A stretch of 64,000 nt of DNA from assembly GCA_030524435.1 (NCBI GenBank), contig JAUNGS010000001.1, forward strand, positions 32,319 to 96,318, written 5' to 3'. Under the pieces are notes generated by a model. That model saw only the letters and a program-made list of their open reading frames with translations, searched no databases and was not told the origin of the DNA. Numbering within the stretch: the stretch's first letter is position 1; every line of letters begins with the position of its first letter. Position numbers and translations under genes: made by a program. Source of the DNA: Eubacterium sp. (GTDB lineage: Bacteria > Bacillota > Clostridia > Eubacteriales > Eubacteriaceae). Of this stretch, positions 39,071 to 48,722 are shown piece by piece.

Positions 39071-40825
39071 ATGTGTTCCAAGGAAAAAAGCACCGGCATA
39101 CAGGAAAATCCCTGGCAGGAGGCTCTGTCCATCCTCGATATGATTTTCTGCGGCGTCATCGTTCTGGACAGCCAGGGCTGCGTCAGACACTGCAACACCT
39201 CAGCTGCCGCTATTTTAAAAACGGATAAATCCCATATCGAGGGGGATCACTTTCTAAAGCATCCCTTTTTAGAGGAGCTCAACCACATCTCCGGCAATCT
39301 GCTTTTGGGCAGCGGCCGCCACAGCCTCAGAGACGGCAATGGGGAGATCATCTGCAACCTCAATCCCTGGATTTTTAACAAGGAGCGCCTGGGCACCGTG
39401 GTCATTTTCCACCAGTCCTACAACGCCAACTGCATCGCCCAGGAGCTCAGCGTCACCAACACCCTCCTGAAGGAAATCAATATCTTTATTGAATCCTCCT
39501 ACGACGGCTTTCTGGTGGCCGACAGTGCGGGCAAGATTATCCGGGTCAACAAGGCCCTGGAGACAGCCTTAGATATGAACCGCACCGAGCTGGTGGGGCA
39601 CAACGTCCGGGAGCTTGTGAAGCGGGGAGTCTACGAAAAATCCGCCGTCCTGGAGGTCTGCCGCAAAAAACGGATGGCCACCACCCTGCTCCGCCGGGGA
39701 GAGGAGGAGATGCTGGCCACGGGAATGCCCGTCTTTGGCAAGGATGGCCTTCTGGAATCGGTGGTGGTCAACCTGCGGGACGTGACGGAGCTCAACAGCC
39801 TGAAGAGCGAGGTGGAGCACCAGATGAAGCTGGCCAAGGGCTATTTTAAGCAGCTGACGGCCATCGCCCACAGGGCCAGCGGCAAGCAGGCCATCATCGC
39901 CGTCAGCAAGGCCATGCAGAACATCCTTCAAATCACAGACACCATCTCCGACGTGGACTCCACGGTGCTGATCACCGGGGAGTCGGGGACGGGGAAGGAG
40001 ATGGTGGTCAGCGAGATCTACAAAAAAAGCCGGCGCAGCGACGCCCCCATCATCAAAATCAATTGCAGCGCCATCCCCTCGGCCCTATTTGAATCGGAGC
40101 TCTTCGGCTACGAGGAGGGCTCCTTCACCGGCGCCAAGAAATCCGGGAAAATCGGCTTCTTCGAGCTGGCCGACGGCGGCACCTTATTTTTGGATGAAAT
40201 CGGCGAGCTGGACATGGAATCCCAGGCCAAGCTTTTGCGGGTCATCCAGGAGGGAGAAATTTACCGCGTCGGCGGCAGCCGGCCCGTCAAGGTGGACGTC
40301 CGCCTCATCGCCGCCACCAATGCGGATCTCTGGGAGCGCACCCGGGAGGGAAAATTCCGAAAGGATCTCTTTTACCGCCTCAACGTCATCAACATCGAGG
40401 TACCGCCCCTGAGGGAGCGCCGGGAGGACATCATCCCCCTAACCCTCCATTTTCTTGACCGCTACAACGCCCTCCACGGCCGCGATAAGCGCCTTTCCAT
40501 GGAGCTGGGACAGCGCCTCTACGCCATGGACTGGCCCGGCAATATCAGAGAGCTGGAGAATTTTGTGGAGAACCTGGTGGTTTTGACCAAGGATGATCTG
40601 CTCATGCCAGAGCACCTTCCCCTCAGGTACCAAAAGAGCCTCGAATCAGATGCCCAGATCAAGATAGAGGGGATCATGCCCCTGAAGGCTATGGTCCGCG
40701 AGGCGGAGCGCCAGCTCCTTCAAAACGCCCAGCAGCGCTGCGGCTCCACCCGGGAAATCGCCCGGGCCCTGGGGGTGGATCAGTCCACCATCTCCAGAAA
40801 ATTGCAGCAGCTCCTGCATAAGTGA
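39071..40825 (+). CDS. Sigma-54-dependent enhancer-binding protein (PAS-PAS-AAA+-HTH)
   Basis: GESGTGKE, ESELFGYEEGSFTGA, LFLDEIG, DLFYRLNV, WPGNIREL; C-terminal HTH. Confidence 0.93.
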   Translation: MCSKEKSTGIQENPWQEALSILDMIFCGVIVLDSQGCVRHCNTSAAAILKTDKSHIEGDHFLKHPFLEELNHISGNLLLGSGRHSLRDGNGEIICNLNPWIFNKERLGTVVIFHQSYNANCIAQELSVTNTLLKEINIFIESSYDGFLVADSAGKIIRVNKALETALDMNRTELVGHNVRELVKRGVYEKSAVLEVCRKKRMATTLLRRGEEEMLATGMPVFGKDGLLESVVVNLRDVTELNSLKSEVEHQMKLAKGYFKQLTAIAHRASGKQAIIAVSKAMQNILQITDTISDVDSTVLITGESGTGKEMVVSEIYKKSRRSDAPIIKINCSAIPSALFESELFGYEEGSFTGAKKSGKIGFFELADGGTLFLDEIGELDMESQAKLLRVIQEGEIYRVGGSRPVKVDVRLIAATNADLWERTREGKFRKDLFYRLNVINIEVPPLRERREDIIPLTLHFLDRYNALHGRDKRLSMELGQRLYAMDWPGNIRELENFVENLVVLTKDDLLMPEHLPLRYQKSLESDAQIKIEGIMPLKAMVREAERQLLQNAQQRCGSTREIARALGVDQSTISRKLQQLLHK

Positions 40826-40915
40826 TGTGCTTTTACATCACCCCCTAAAACCGATAGATACGCTGATAAACGATGTTTTTTTTAAAGTGCTGATGTCTTT
40901 TTGCATCAGCACTTT
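40823..40915. promoter_or_regulatory. Two upstream activator palindromes
   Basis: TGATGT-N6-ACATCA at 40823 and TGATGT-N6-GCATCA at 40891 (within a longer palindrome). Confidence 0.65.
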
Positions 40916-40946
40916 TTTAATTGTCCCTTCTGGGCGCAAAAAATTC

Positions 40947-40962
40947 TGGCATAAAACTTGCT
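40947..40962 (+). promoter_or_regulatory. Sigma-54 (-24/-12) promoter
   Basis: TGGCATAAAACTTGCT with correct GG-N10-GC spacing. Confidence 0.88.
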
Positions 40963-41016
40963 TTATTAAAAATATAAGCACAAGGACAAGCACAGCAAAG
41001 AAAGGAGGTGCTTCCT

Positions 41017-42318
41017 ATGAGTTTATGGGAAAAAATGTATCAGGACAAAAGGATGACGCCCGAGGAAGCCGCAGCGCTGTTTAAAAGCGGCGATGTCTGT
41101 GTCAGCAACGGTCAGGTCACCGAGCCCGTGGAGCTTCTGGAGGCCCTGGCAAAGCGCGCCCTGACGGAGGATCTCAGGGATATCCGCCACTATATCCTGC
41201 TGCCCCTGAGAAATCAAAGATACATGGCCGAGGAAATGCAGCCCCACCTGCACCACGTCTCCCACTTTGTCAGCGGCTTTGACAGAGAAGCCATCTGGGA
41301 GGGGCGGGCGGAATACCTGCCCTCCCACTACAGCCGCGTGCCCTCGGTTTGGAGGGATGTTTTGGGGGCGCCTGATGTGTTCTACTGCACCACCGCGCCC
41401 ATGGACCGCCACGGCTATTTCAGCTGCGGCACCGCCGCCGACCTCAGCGAAATCAGAAAGGGCGCCAAGAAAATCATCCTCGTGGTCAACAGCACCATGC
41501 CCAGAACCCTGGGCAGCCAGATCCACATCAGAGAAATCGACGGCTTCATCGAAAGCGCTGCCCCCATCACCGAGGTGGCGCCGCCGCCCATCACCGAGGA
41601 CGACAAGACCATCGGCGCGATGATCGCCGAACAGATTCCCGACGGCGCCACCCTGCAGCTGGGCATCGGGGGCATTCCCAATGCCGTGGCCCAGGCCCTG
41701 ATGGACAAAAAGGATCTCGGCGTCCACAGCGAAATGTTCTGCGACAGCATCGTCGATCTGACCCTGGCCGGGGTCATCACCAACGGCTGCAAAAATATCC
41801 ACCGCGATAAGAGCACCGTGACCTTCACCTTCGGCAGCCGCGCCACCTACGACTTCATCGACGACAACCCCTCAGTGGAATTTCTGCCGGTGGACTACGT
41901 CAACGACCCCAGGATCATCGCCCAGAACGACAAGGTCATCTCCATCAATTCCTGCATGGAGGTGGATCTCTTTGGCCAGGTCTGCGCCGAGACCATCGGC
42001 CCCAAAAACTTCAGCGGCGTCGGGGGACAGATGGACTTTATTAGAGGTGCGGCGGCCTCCAAGGGCGGGAAATCCTTCCTGGCCTTTAAGTCGTCGGCCA
42101 AGGGCGGCACCATCACCAAGATCAAGCCGGTGCTGACCCCGGGGGCCTGTGTCACCACCACCAGAAACGACGTGGATTTCATCGTCACGGAGTACGGCAT
42201 GGCACAGCTTCGGGGAAAAACCTGCGGCGAGCGGGCCAAGGCTCTCATCGCCATCGCCCACCCCAATTTCAGGGAGGAATTGACGGCCGAGGCGAAAAAA
42301 ATGCACCTTATTTTTTAA
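41017..42318 (+). CDS. Acetyl-CoA hydrolase/transferase family CoA-transferase (4-hydroxybutyrate CoA-transferase-like)
   Basis: DGATLQLGIGGIPNAV, LGVHSEM, SGVGGQMDF.RGA, VTEYG.A.L.GK, IAHP.FRE. Confidence 0.9.
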   Translation: MSLWEKMYQDKRMTPEEAAALFKSGDVCVSNGQVTEPVELLEALAKRALTEDLRDIRHYILLPLRNQRYMAEEMQPHLHHVSHFVSGFDREAIWEGRAEYLPSHYSRVPSVWRDVLGAPDVFYCTTAPMDRHGYFSCGTAADLSEIRKGAKKIILVVNSTMPRTLGSQIHIREIDGFIESAAPITEVAPPPITEDDKTIGAMIAEQIPDGATLQLGIGGIPNAVAQALMDKKDLGVHSEMFCDSIVDLTLAGVITNGCKNIHRDKSTVTFTFGSRATYDFIDDNPSVEFLPVDYVNDPRIIAQNDKVISINSCMEVDLFGQVCAETIGPKNFSGVGGQMDFIRGAAASKGGKSFLAFKSSAKGGTITKIKPVLTPGACVTTTRNDVDFIVTEYGMAQLRGKTCGERAKALIAIAHPNFREELTAEAKKMHLIF

Positions 42319-42363
42319 CCAGATTAAAAACAATTACCTAAGGGGGTAAATATCATAGCTATT

Positions 42364-43914
42364 ATGACCAAAGAAGAATATCAGAAAAGCATCCGGGCCA
42401 GAAGGCCCATGAATGTTTGGTTTTTAGGGGAGAAGATCGAGGATCTCACCACCTTCCCGCCGCTGGCGGCCAGCTTCAACGCCATCTCCAAGGTCTACGA
42501 CCTCCAGAGCGATCCCAAGTGGAGGGATCTTATCACTGTAAAGTCCCACCTAACCGGCGATCCCGTCAGCATCTACAACGCGCCCCTGCGCTCTCCCGAG
42601 GACGCCAACAATAAGACCCGGGCCGCCAGAGCCCTGGCTGAGGTCATCGGCTGCTGTACCCACCGCTGCACAGGCTCCGAGGCCTTTGCGGGTCTGGGGC
42701 CGGCCACCTACGACATGGATCAGGATCTGGGCACCCACTACTTTGAGCGCTTTATGAACTTCCTGAGATACGTCCAGGACAACGACCTCAGCTGCACCGT
42801 CACCGTCACCGACATCAAGGGCTTAAGAACCCTGCCGCCCCACAAGCAGCCCAACCGCGACAACTACGTCCACATCGACGAAATCAGAGACGACGGCATC
42901 GTCATCAGCGGCTACAAGGCCAATCAGACGGGGATATTGTTTGCCCACGAGGTCATCATCGTCCCCACCACCAACATGAAGCCCGAGGATAAGGACTTCG
43001 CCGTATCCTGCGCCATCCCTGCGGATTCGCCGGGCATCACCTTTGTCATGGGCAGAACACCCCAGGACAGACGCTTCTTCGAGGTGGGCGGCGACATCGA
43101 AGGCATCGATTTGGGCAAGCCCTACGCCGATCACCAGGCCCTGGTCTACTTTGACAAGGTCTTTGTCCCCAACGAAAGGGTTTTCCTGTGCGGCGAGACA
43201 GATTACGTCAGCAGATTATTGAGCTATTTTACCGCAGTGCACCGCCTGACCGCCGGCGGCTGCAAGGCCGGGGGCTGCTCAGCCCTGGCCGGTGCAGCCA
43301 GCCTCATCGCCGACATGATCGGCGTCCAGAAGGCGGGGCATATCCGCACCAAGCTCACGGAAATGGTCATGACCGCCGAGACGGTCTATGGCCTGTCCCT
43401 GGCCTCGGGGGTTGAGGGCTTTAAGCATCCCAGCGGCTTCTGGATTCCCAACCCGCTTTTGTCCCACACCTGCAAGTACACCTGTACCAAAATGCCCTTC
43501 GAGGCCATGCGAGTCGCCAGGGACATCATCGCCGGCACCGGCGAGACGGCGCCCTCGGAAATCGACATGCGCCACCCCGTCATCGGCGAGCTCTGTCAAA
43601 ACGAATTCAACCCCGGCAACCCGGATTACGACGCCTTTGACAGGCTCAGGGCCACCCGCTTCATCGAGCACATGGTCCGCGGCTCCAACTGGTCGGCCAT
43701 GGCCCTCCACGGCGGCGGAAATCAGGAGGCCTCCACGGTTATGGCCAGGGCCTTCACCGACTGGGGACATCTGAAAAATATCGTCAAGGTGGCCACCGGC
43801 ATCGAAAAGGACGAAGCCAAACGCGACGCCTTCATCGGCAGCATCGGCGAGAAGGCCGGGCGCATCTGCACCTTCCAGGACCTTCCCCAGGCCGAGGAGG
43901 ACAAAGAAAAGTAA
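42364..43914 (+). CDS. 4-hydroxybutyryl-CoA dehydratase (AbfD)/HpaB-fold FAD + 4Fe-4S protein, divergent
   Basis: C-THR-C and H-x6-CK cluster ligands, TDIKG.R, GYKANQTG, FDKVFVP.ERVFLCGE. Confidence 0.8.
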   Translation: MTKEEYQKSIRARRPMNVWFLGEKIEDLTTFPPLAASFNAISKVYDLQSDPKWRDLITVKSHLTGDPVSIYNAPLRSPEDANNKTRAARALAEVIGCCTHRCTGSEAFAGLGPATYDMDQDLGTHYFERFMNFLRYVQDNDLSCTVTVTDIKGLRTLPPHKQPNRDNYVHIDEIRDDGIVISGYKANQTGILFAHEVIIVPTTNMKPEDKDFAVSCAIPADSPGITFVMGRTPQDRRFFEVGGDIEGIDLGKPYADHQALVYFDKVFVPNERVFLCGETDYVSRLLSYFTAVHRLTAGGCKAGGCSALAGAASLIADMIGVQKAGHIRTKLTEMVMTAETVYGLSLASGVEGFKHPSGFWIPNPLLSHTCKYTCTKMPFEAMRVARDIIAGTGETAPSEIDMRHPVIGELCQNEFNPGNPDYDAFDRLRATRFIEHMVRGSNWSAMALHGGGNQEASTVMARAFTDWGHLKNIVKVATGIEKDEAKRDAFIGSIGEKAGRICTFQDLPQAEEDKEK

Positions 43915-43933
43915 GCGGCAAGCTTGAATTTAA

Positions 43934-43965
43934 ATGCAAAAGGTCCGGAATCTCCGGACCTTTTG
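43934..43965. repeat. 32-bp palindromic terminator, left direct-repeat copy
   Basis: ATGCAAAAGGTCCGGAATCTCCGGACCTTTTG identical to 45648-45679. Confidence 0.92.
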
Positions 43966-44158
43966 TGTTGGACTGTAACCCCCCAGGACTTGATACCTCC
44001 ATCTCATAAGAAAATCCCCCTCAGGGATACTACCGGTACGGAATAAATGAAATAACCACAAATTATCTTTTTGATGGGCTGCGGTTATTTTTATTTGTGT
44101 TCCATACATGCTAATCGACAGCTTCGTCAAAAAATAAATTTTTTCACTCTTGATTTAA

Positions 44159-44188
44159 TTCTAATCATTATTATAATAATGATTAGAA
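44159..44188. promoter_or_regulatory. Perfect 30-bp palindrome over the -10 box (putative operator)
   Basis: TTCTAATCATTATTA|TAATAATGATTAGAA, plus two further ATTAGAA repeats before the RBS. Confidence 0.65.
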
Positions 44189-44227
44189 CAATTATTAGAA
44201 GCGATTATTAGAATGGAGGTCGTTTTT

Positions 44228-45547
44228 ATGATTGAAAATAAAATTACCGAATTTAAGCGCGAGTATATCGATGATATCAAATACACAGTAGTTGCTTTTG
44301 CAAACACAGAAGGTGGAAAAATTTATGTTGGTATGAGTAATGACGGAAGTGTTTATGGTATAGAAAACACCGACGCAACCATGCTTCGCATTACTAATAT
44401 GATTCGCGATGCCATTCGTCCAGATGTCACTATGTTTACCGAATGTGCTGTTGAAGCTATTGAAGGAAAATCTGTTGTGGTTTTGACTGTGCAGAGAGGT
44501 ACTGCCCGTCCCTACTACCTGGCCGGAAAGGGTATCCGTCCAGAAGGTGTCTATGTACGACAAAATACCTCTTCCGTTCCGGCTTCGGAAACTGCTATAC
44601 TCAATATGATCAAAGAGACCAGTGGCGACAGTTATGAAAATGCTCGCTCTATTAATCAGCAACTGACTTTTGAGAAAGCGAAAAACTATTTTGCTAACCA
44701 TAATCTGCCTTTCGGAGATCAGCAAAAGCGCACATTAAATATTATTGGCTTGGATGGAACTTATACCAATCTTGGTATGTTGTTGTCTGACCAGTGCAGC
44801 CATACCATTAAACTAGCCGTATTTGATGGAAGCAAGAAAAGCGTATTTCGTGACAGAAGGGAATTAAGCGGCTCTTTGCTCACACAGTTAGAAGATGCCT
44901 ACTCCTACATTGATCAGTTTAACCATACCCGTGCAGAATTTGAAGGGCTGGATCGAATCGACAAGCGGGATTATCCCAGCGAGGCACTGCGCGAAGCACT
45001 GCTCAATGCCATTACTCACCGCGACTATAGCTTCAGCGGCTCCACACTGATCAGTATCTTTGATGATCGCATTGAGTTTGTGACCATTGGCGGTCTGGTT
45101 CGCGGCCTGACCTTCGATGATATCATGCTGGGTATATCTGCACTCCGCAATCAGAATTTAGCTAATGTGTTCTACCGGCTGAAGTTAATTGAGGCTTACG
45201 GTACAGGTATTTTGAAAATTAATGAGAGTTACGCAGAGTGTGCCGTAAAGCCGCAGTTTGAGGCCACAGATAACGCCTTCAAGATCACCCTCCCCAACAT
45301 CAACTATATAGGAGAGCACAAGGATGTAACAAGCACAACACCTTTGAAGGTTATTGATAAATCAAAGCGGCAAGAAATACTGCTCCATTTGGCTAAAAAA
45401 CAAGGATCCATCATTCGAAAGGATGTGGAGGCCGCGTTGAAGGTATCTCAGGCGACGGCTATTCTGGTTTTACGAGACATGGTCGAAAATGGACTTCTAA
45501 TTAAGGAGGGCTCTGGCAAACATCAAAAGTACCGAATTACAGAATAG
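44228..45547 (+). CDS. Schlafen/AlbA_2 domain + ATP-binding (RecG-C-like) + wHTH protein
   Basis: TEFK, VAFANTEGG.IY.G..DG...G, ALREALLNA..HRDY, RN..LA.VF..L.LIE..GTG; AT-rich. Confidence 0.85.
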   Translation: MIENKITEFKREYIDDIKYTVVAFANTEGGKIYVGMSNDGSVYGIENTDATMLRITNMIRDAIRPDVTMFTECAVEAIEGKSVVVLTVQRGTARPYYLAGKGIRPEGVYVRQNTSSVPASETAILNMIKETSGDSYENARSINQQLTFEKAKNYFANHNLPFGDQQKRTLNIIGLDGTYTNLGMLLSDQCSHTIKLAVFDGSKKSVFRDRRELSGSLLTQLEDAYSYIDQFNHTRAEFEGLDRIDKRDYPSEALREALLNAITHRDYSFSGSTLISIFDDRIEFVTIGGLVRGLTFDDIMLGISALRNQNLANVFYRLKLIEAYGTGILKINESYAECAVKPQFEATDNAFKITLPNINYIGEHKDVTSTTPLKVIDKSKRQEILLHLAKKQGSIIRKDVEAALKVSQATAILVLRDMVENGLLIKEGSGKHQKYRITE

Positions 45548-45647
45548 TACACATGCCGAAGTGGAGGTTAAGAGGTTGTTCCAAAACACAGCCTCCCTCC
45601 ACGGGAACAAATATTAAGTTACATAGGTAGTTTCATAAATGGTCTCT

Positions 45648-45679
45648 ATGCAAAAGGTCCGGAATCTCCGGACCTTTTG
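45648..45679. repeat. 32-bp palindromic terminator, right direct-repeat copy
   Basis: Identical to 43934-43965. Confidence 0.92.
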
Positions 45680-45729
45680 CACGACGTATAAAAAATCTCC
45701 GAAGCATTGAGCTCCGGAGATTTTTTTGC

Positions 45730-47004
45730 TTATATAATTTTGATCAGCTTATAATAATTCTTGGTAATTTTCTCGATGGTGTCTACCATAGCCTCGATGC
45801 TGTCAATTTCCTTTCGGTGCATGATTAAATACTGACCGATGGTCATGGCCAGACGACAGGCTTCGTTGCGCGCATCTCTGTCCTCGATGGTGTCGAGGTC
45901 GGGGAGGGGAACCAGGCCGCCCACCCGGCTGGTGATCTGGGTGCCGGTAAAGCCTGTGACCTCGTGGATGAAGCGGTCTAAAATATCCTGTCGGAAGTCG
46001 TCAAAATCCTTATAAGTGATTTTGGCATCCTGCTGCCAGCACTTGGTAAAGGTGTCGTTGTAGCTGTTGACGATGCGGCACATGAAGTCCAAAATATAGG
46101 CCCGGTAGTCCGCCTTGACGTCCTCGGGGGCGTCTGTGTAGAACCAGCGGATGTACTCGTAGAGCACTGATCCCAGAAGGTAGCCCATATCTGAGGAAAA
46201 GGCCCCCACAAAGCAGTACTCCTGGTCGATGATCTTCATGGCGTCATCTCCGGCCATGATATTCGAGGTGTGGAGGTCGCCGTGGACCAGGCACTCGGCG
46301 TGCTTCATGTGGATATCCCGCAGCTTGAGCATTTCCGTTCTAAAGGCCATGCTCTTCCAGGGGGCGTCGCCCATGGCCAGACGCTCTGGGTCGGCGTTGG
46401 GATCCAGGTGGGGATCCGGCGCGTCGATGGCGTGCTCGTCCTTTAAAAACAGACCGATCTCGAAGACCAGACGCTGCTGGGGATTCATGTATTTGCTTTG
46501 GAGCTCCTTAAAGATTGTGGCATCGAGGTAGTATTCGGAGGTGTAAAAGTTAGTTTTGGCGACGAATTCGCCGATTTTTTCGGGAAGCCCCGGAAATTTT
46601 CTGCCCTTCATGAGCTCGAAGCGCAGAATTTTTAAATCGCCGCAGTCCTCACAGAGATAGACGTGGTTGACGCGGTCGATATAGTAAACCTTGGGAATAT
46701 ACTCGGGCACAATGGCGCTTTTGATGGCCATGATTTCTGCCTCCATGGCATTTCTCTCCTGGACGAAGGGGCCTGCGCCCTCGTCGAAGGCCTTGAAATA
46801 GGTTTTGGCCTGCTTGACAATGACAGATTTGCCCTGTTCATCCCAGACGCGGTAGAGAAAGTTGATGAAGCCGTCGCCGTCCTCGTCGCCCTCGCCGATT
46901 TCGTAGACACTGAGGACAGCGTCTTTATCGAAATAATCGGTATGGCTTTTGAGGTAGTCAGCAATATTTTCTTTGGTGAGTTCTATATAATGTTTTGATG
47001 CCAT
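45730..47004 (-). CDS. mtnK: S-methyl-5-thioribose kinase-like phosphotransferase
   Basis: EIG..DG.IN...V, S.IVKQA, LVHGDLHTSNI, IIDQE; likely ATG 47004. Confidence 0.72.
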   Translation of the reverse strand: MASKHYIELTKENIADYLKSHTDYFDKDAVLSVYEIGEGDEDGDGFINFLYRVWDEQGKSVIVKQAKTYFKAFDEGAGPFVQERNAMEAEIMAIKSAIVPEYIPKVYYIDRVNHVYLCEDCGDLKILRFELMKGRKFPGLPEKIGEFVAKTNFYTSEYYLDATIFKELQSKYMNPQQRLVFEIGLFLKDEHAIDAPDPHLDPNADPERLAMGDAPWKSMAFRTEMLKLRDIHMKHAECLVHGDLHTSNIMAGDDAMKIIDQEYCFVGAFSSDMGYLLGSVLYEYIRWFYTDAPEDVKADYRAYILDFMCRIVNSYNDTFTKCWQQDAKITYKDFDDFRQDILDRFIHEVTGFTGTQITSRVGGLVPLPDLDTIEDRDARNEACRLAMTIGQYLIMHRKEIDSIEAMVDTIEKITKNYYKLIKII

Positions 47005-47166
47005 AGGTACACACTCCGGATATTTTAAACTTTTACTTATACAGTATAGCACTTTATGTAAACGGATTGCGTGGAATTTTATGTGAAGCTCGGGTAGTTT
47101 TTTATGGTCTTCCACAGTAAATTAAACAAAAAAAATGCCGCCGGAGGTCTTGGGCGGCATTGGGGA

Positions 47167-47556
47167 CTATTGGCCCCTGGTATAGGTATAGGTCATCCCC
47201 GTGTCCGTCTCGGTGACAGACAGGGTATCGTCGGCGTTAAAGACGTAGGTCATCACCTTCTCGGTGCCGCCGTAGGCCTGGGCGTAGTGCAGGGTGATGG
47301 TGCCCGCCGCATTGTCTGTGGTGTAGGTGGCCACGTCGCTGCCCTGGAGCTGAAAGACGCCGCCTGCTGTGTAGGTGACGTCGACGCCGGTGCTGGTGTC
47401 CACCCAGGTGCCCACCAGGGACTGCCCCGCCGGGGCATCTGCTTCCTTGGGATCTGAGCCAAAGGCCGCGCCGCTCAGGGTTATGGTCAAAAAGGCCAGC
47501 AGCGCGCCCACAACGAGGACCGCCGCAATGCCCAGGGGAATGATCTTTTTCTGCAT
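47167..47556 (-). CDS. Hypothetical exported protein
   Basis: N-terminal TM/signal, LVGTW beta-barrel-like motif; RBS AGGAG. Confidence 0.7.
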   Translation of the reverse strand: MQKKIIPLGIAAVLVVGALLAFLTITLSGAAFGSDPKEADAPAGQSLVGTWVDTSTGVDVTYTAGGVFQLQGSDVATYTTDNAAGTITLHYAQAYGGTEKVMTYVFNADDTLSVTETDTGMTYTYTRGQ

Positions 47557-47769
47557 CTTTCTTTTCTCCTAAAATTTTATGAATTTCTACTTTAAACGCA
47601 GGCTTTTTACCTTTTCTTAGAACATTATACCATAATCCCCGGGGCCTTGTGTGATTATTTTGTGAAGCCGCGAGATTTTAACCCCCTGTTTTTATGATTT
47701 TAACCAAAATTAAGAATAAAAAGCTATAATAGAAGGTATAGAAAAGGATAACCAAGGGAGGTAATCTCA

Positions 47770-48567
47770 ATGAACGAAAATTTAAAGGAAACCCTGAAGG
47801 ATATTAAGGGCTTCATCTGCGATATGGACGGTGTCATCTACCACGGCAACCGTCTTTTACCCGGCGTCCCGGAATTTGTGGACTGGCTCCAGAGGGAGGA
47901 CAAGAACTTCCTGTTTTTGACCAACTCCAGCGAGCGCTCTCCTCTAGAACTCAAGGAAAAGCTGCGCCGCCTGGGCCTTGACATCGACGAAAGTCACTTT
48001 TACACCAGCGCCCTGGCCACCGCAAAATTCTTAAGCAGCCAGGCCCCGGGGTGCTCCGCCTACGTCATCGGCGAGCCGGGCCTCATCAACGCCCTGTACA
48101 GCGCCGGCATCACCATGAATGACGTCAACCCCGACTACGTGGTGGTGGGGGAAAGCTACAACTACAACTACGACACCATCGTCAAGGCCGTGCGCTTCGT
48201 CTTAAAGGGCGCCAAGCTCATCGGCACCAACACCGACCTCACCGGCCCCACGGAAAATGGCATCGTCCCCGCCTGCCGGGCCTTTACCTCTCCCATCGAG
48301 CTGGCCACGGGCAAACAGGCCTACTTTGTGGGCAAGCCCAACCCGCTGATGGTCCGCACCGGCATCCGCCTGCTGGGGGTTCACTCCGAGGACGCCGTCA
48401 TCGTCGGCGACCGCATGGACACCGACATCGTCTCGGGCATCGAATCCGGCATGCACACCATCCTGGTGCTCTCGGGGGTTTCCACCCTAGAAACCGTCAA
48501 TCAATTCCCCTACCGGCCTCAGTTTATCCTAAACGGGGTGGGGGATATCGTCATGGACCTCGATTAA
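47770..48567 (+). CDS. HAD-IIA family phosphatase (NagD-like)
   Basis: DMDGV, LTNSS, GKPN, GDRMDTDI..G, LVLSGV. Confidence 0.92.
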   Translation: MNENLKETLKDIKGFICDMDGVIYHGNRLLPGVPEFVDWLQREDKNFLFLTNSSERSPLELKEKLRRLGLDIDESHFYTSALATAKFLSSQAPGCSAYVIGEPGLINALYSAGITMNDVNPDYVVVGESYNYNYDTIVKAVRFVLKGAKLIGTNTDLTGPTENGIVPACRAFTSPIELATGKQAYFVGKPNPLMVRTGIRLLGVHSEDAVIVGDRMDTDIVSGIESGMHTILVLSGVSTLETVNQFPYRPQFILNGVGDIVMDLD

Positions 48568-48672
48568 TTATACGGCCTATGGATGTTTTGAGGATTGCGG
48601 GAGCACTTTGTGCCAAGCAATCCGGTATCACAGCGTCCTGATCCCTGCATCATTATTATACGTTTTTTCACT

Positions 48673-48711
48673 AAAAAAGGTGAGCTGCGCTTTTGCACAG
48701 CTCACCTTTTT
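48673..48711. terminator. Bidirectional terminator
   Basis: AAAAAAGGTGAGCTG...CAGCTCACCTTTTT. Confidence 0.85.
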
Positions 48712-48722
48712 ATTCGTCTTTT

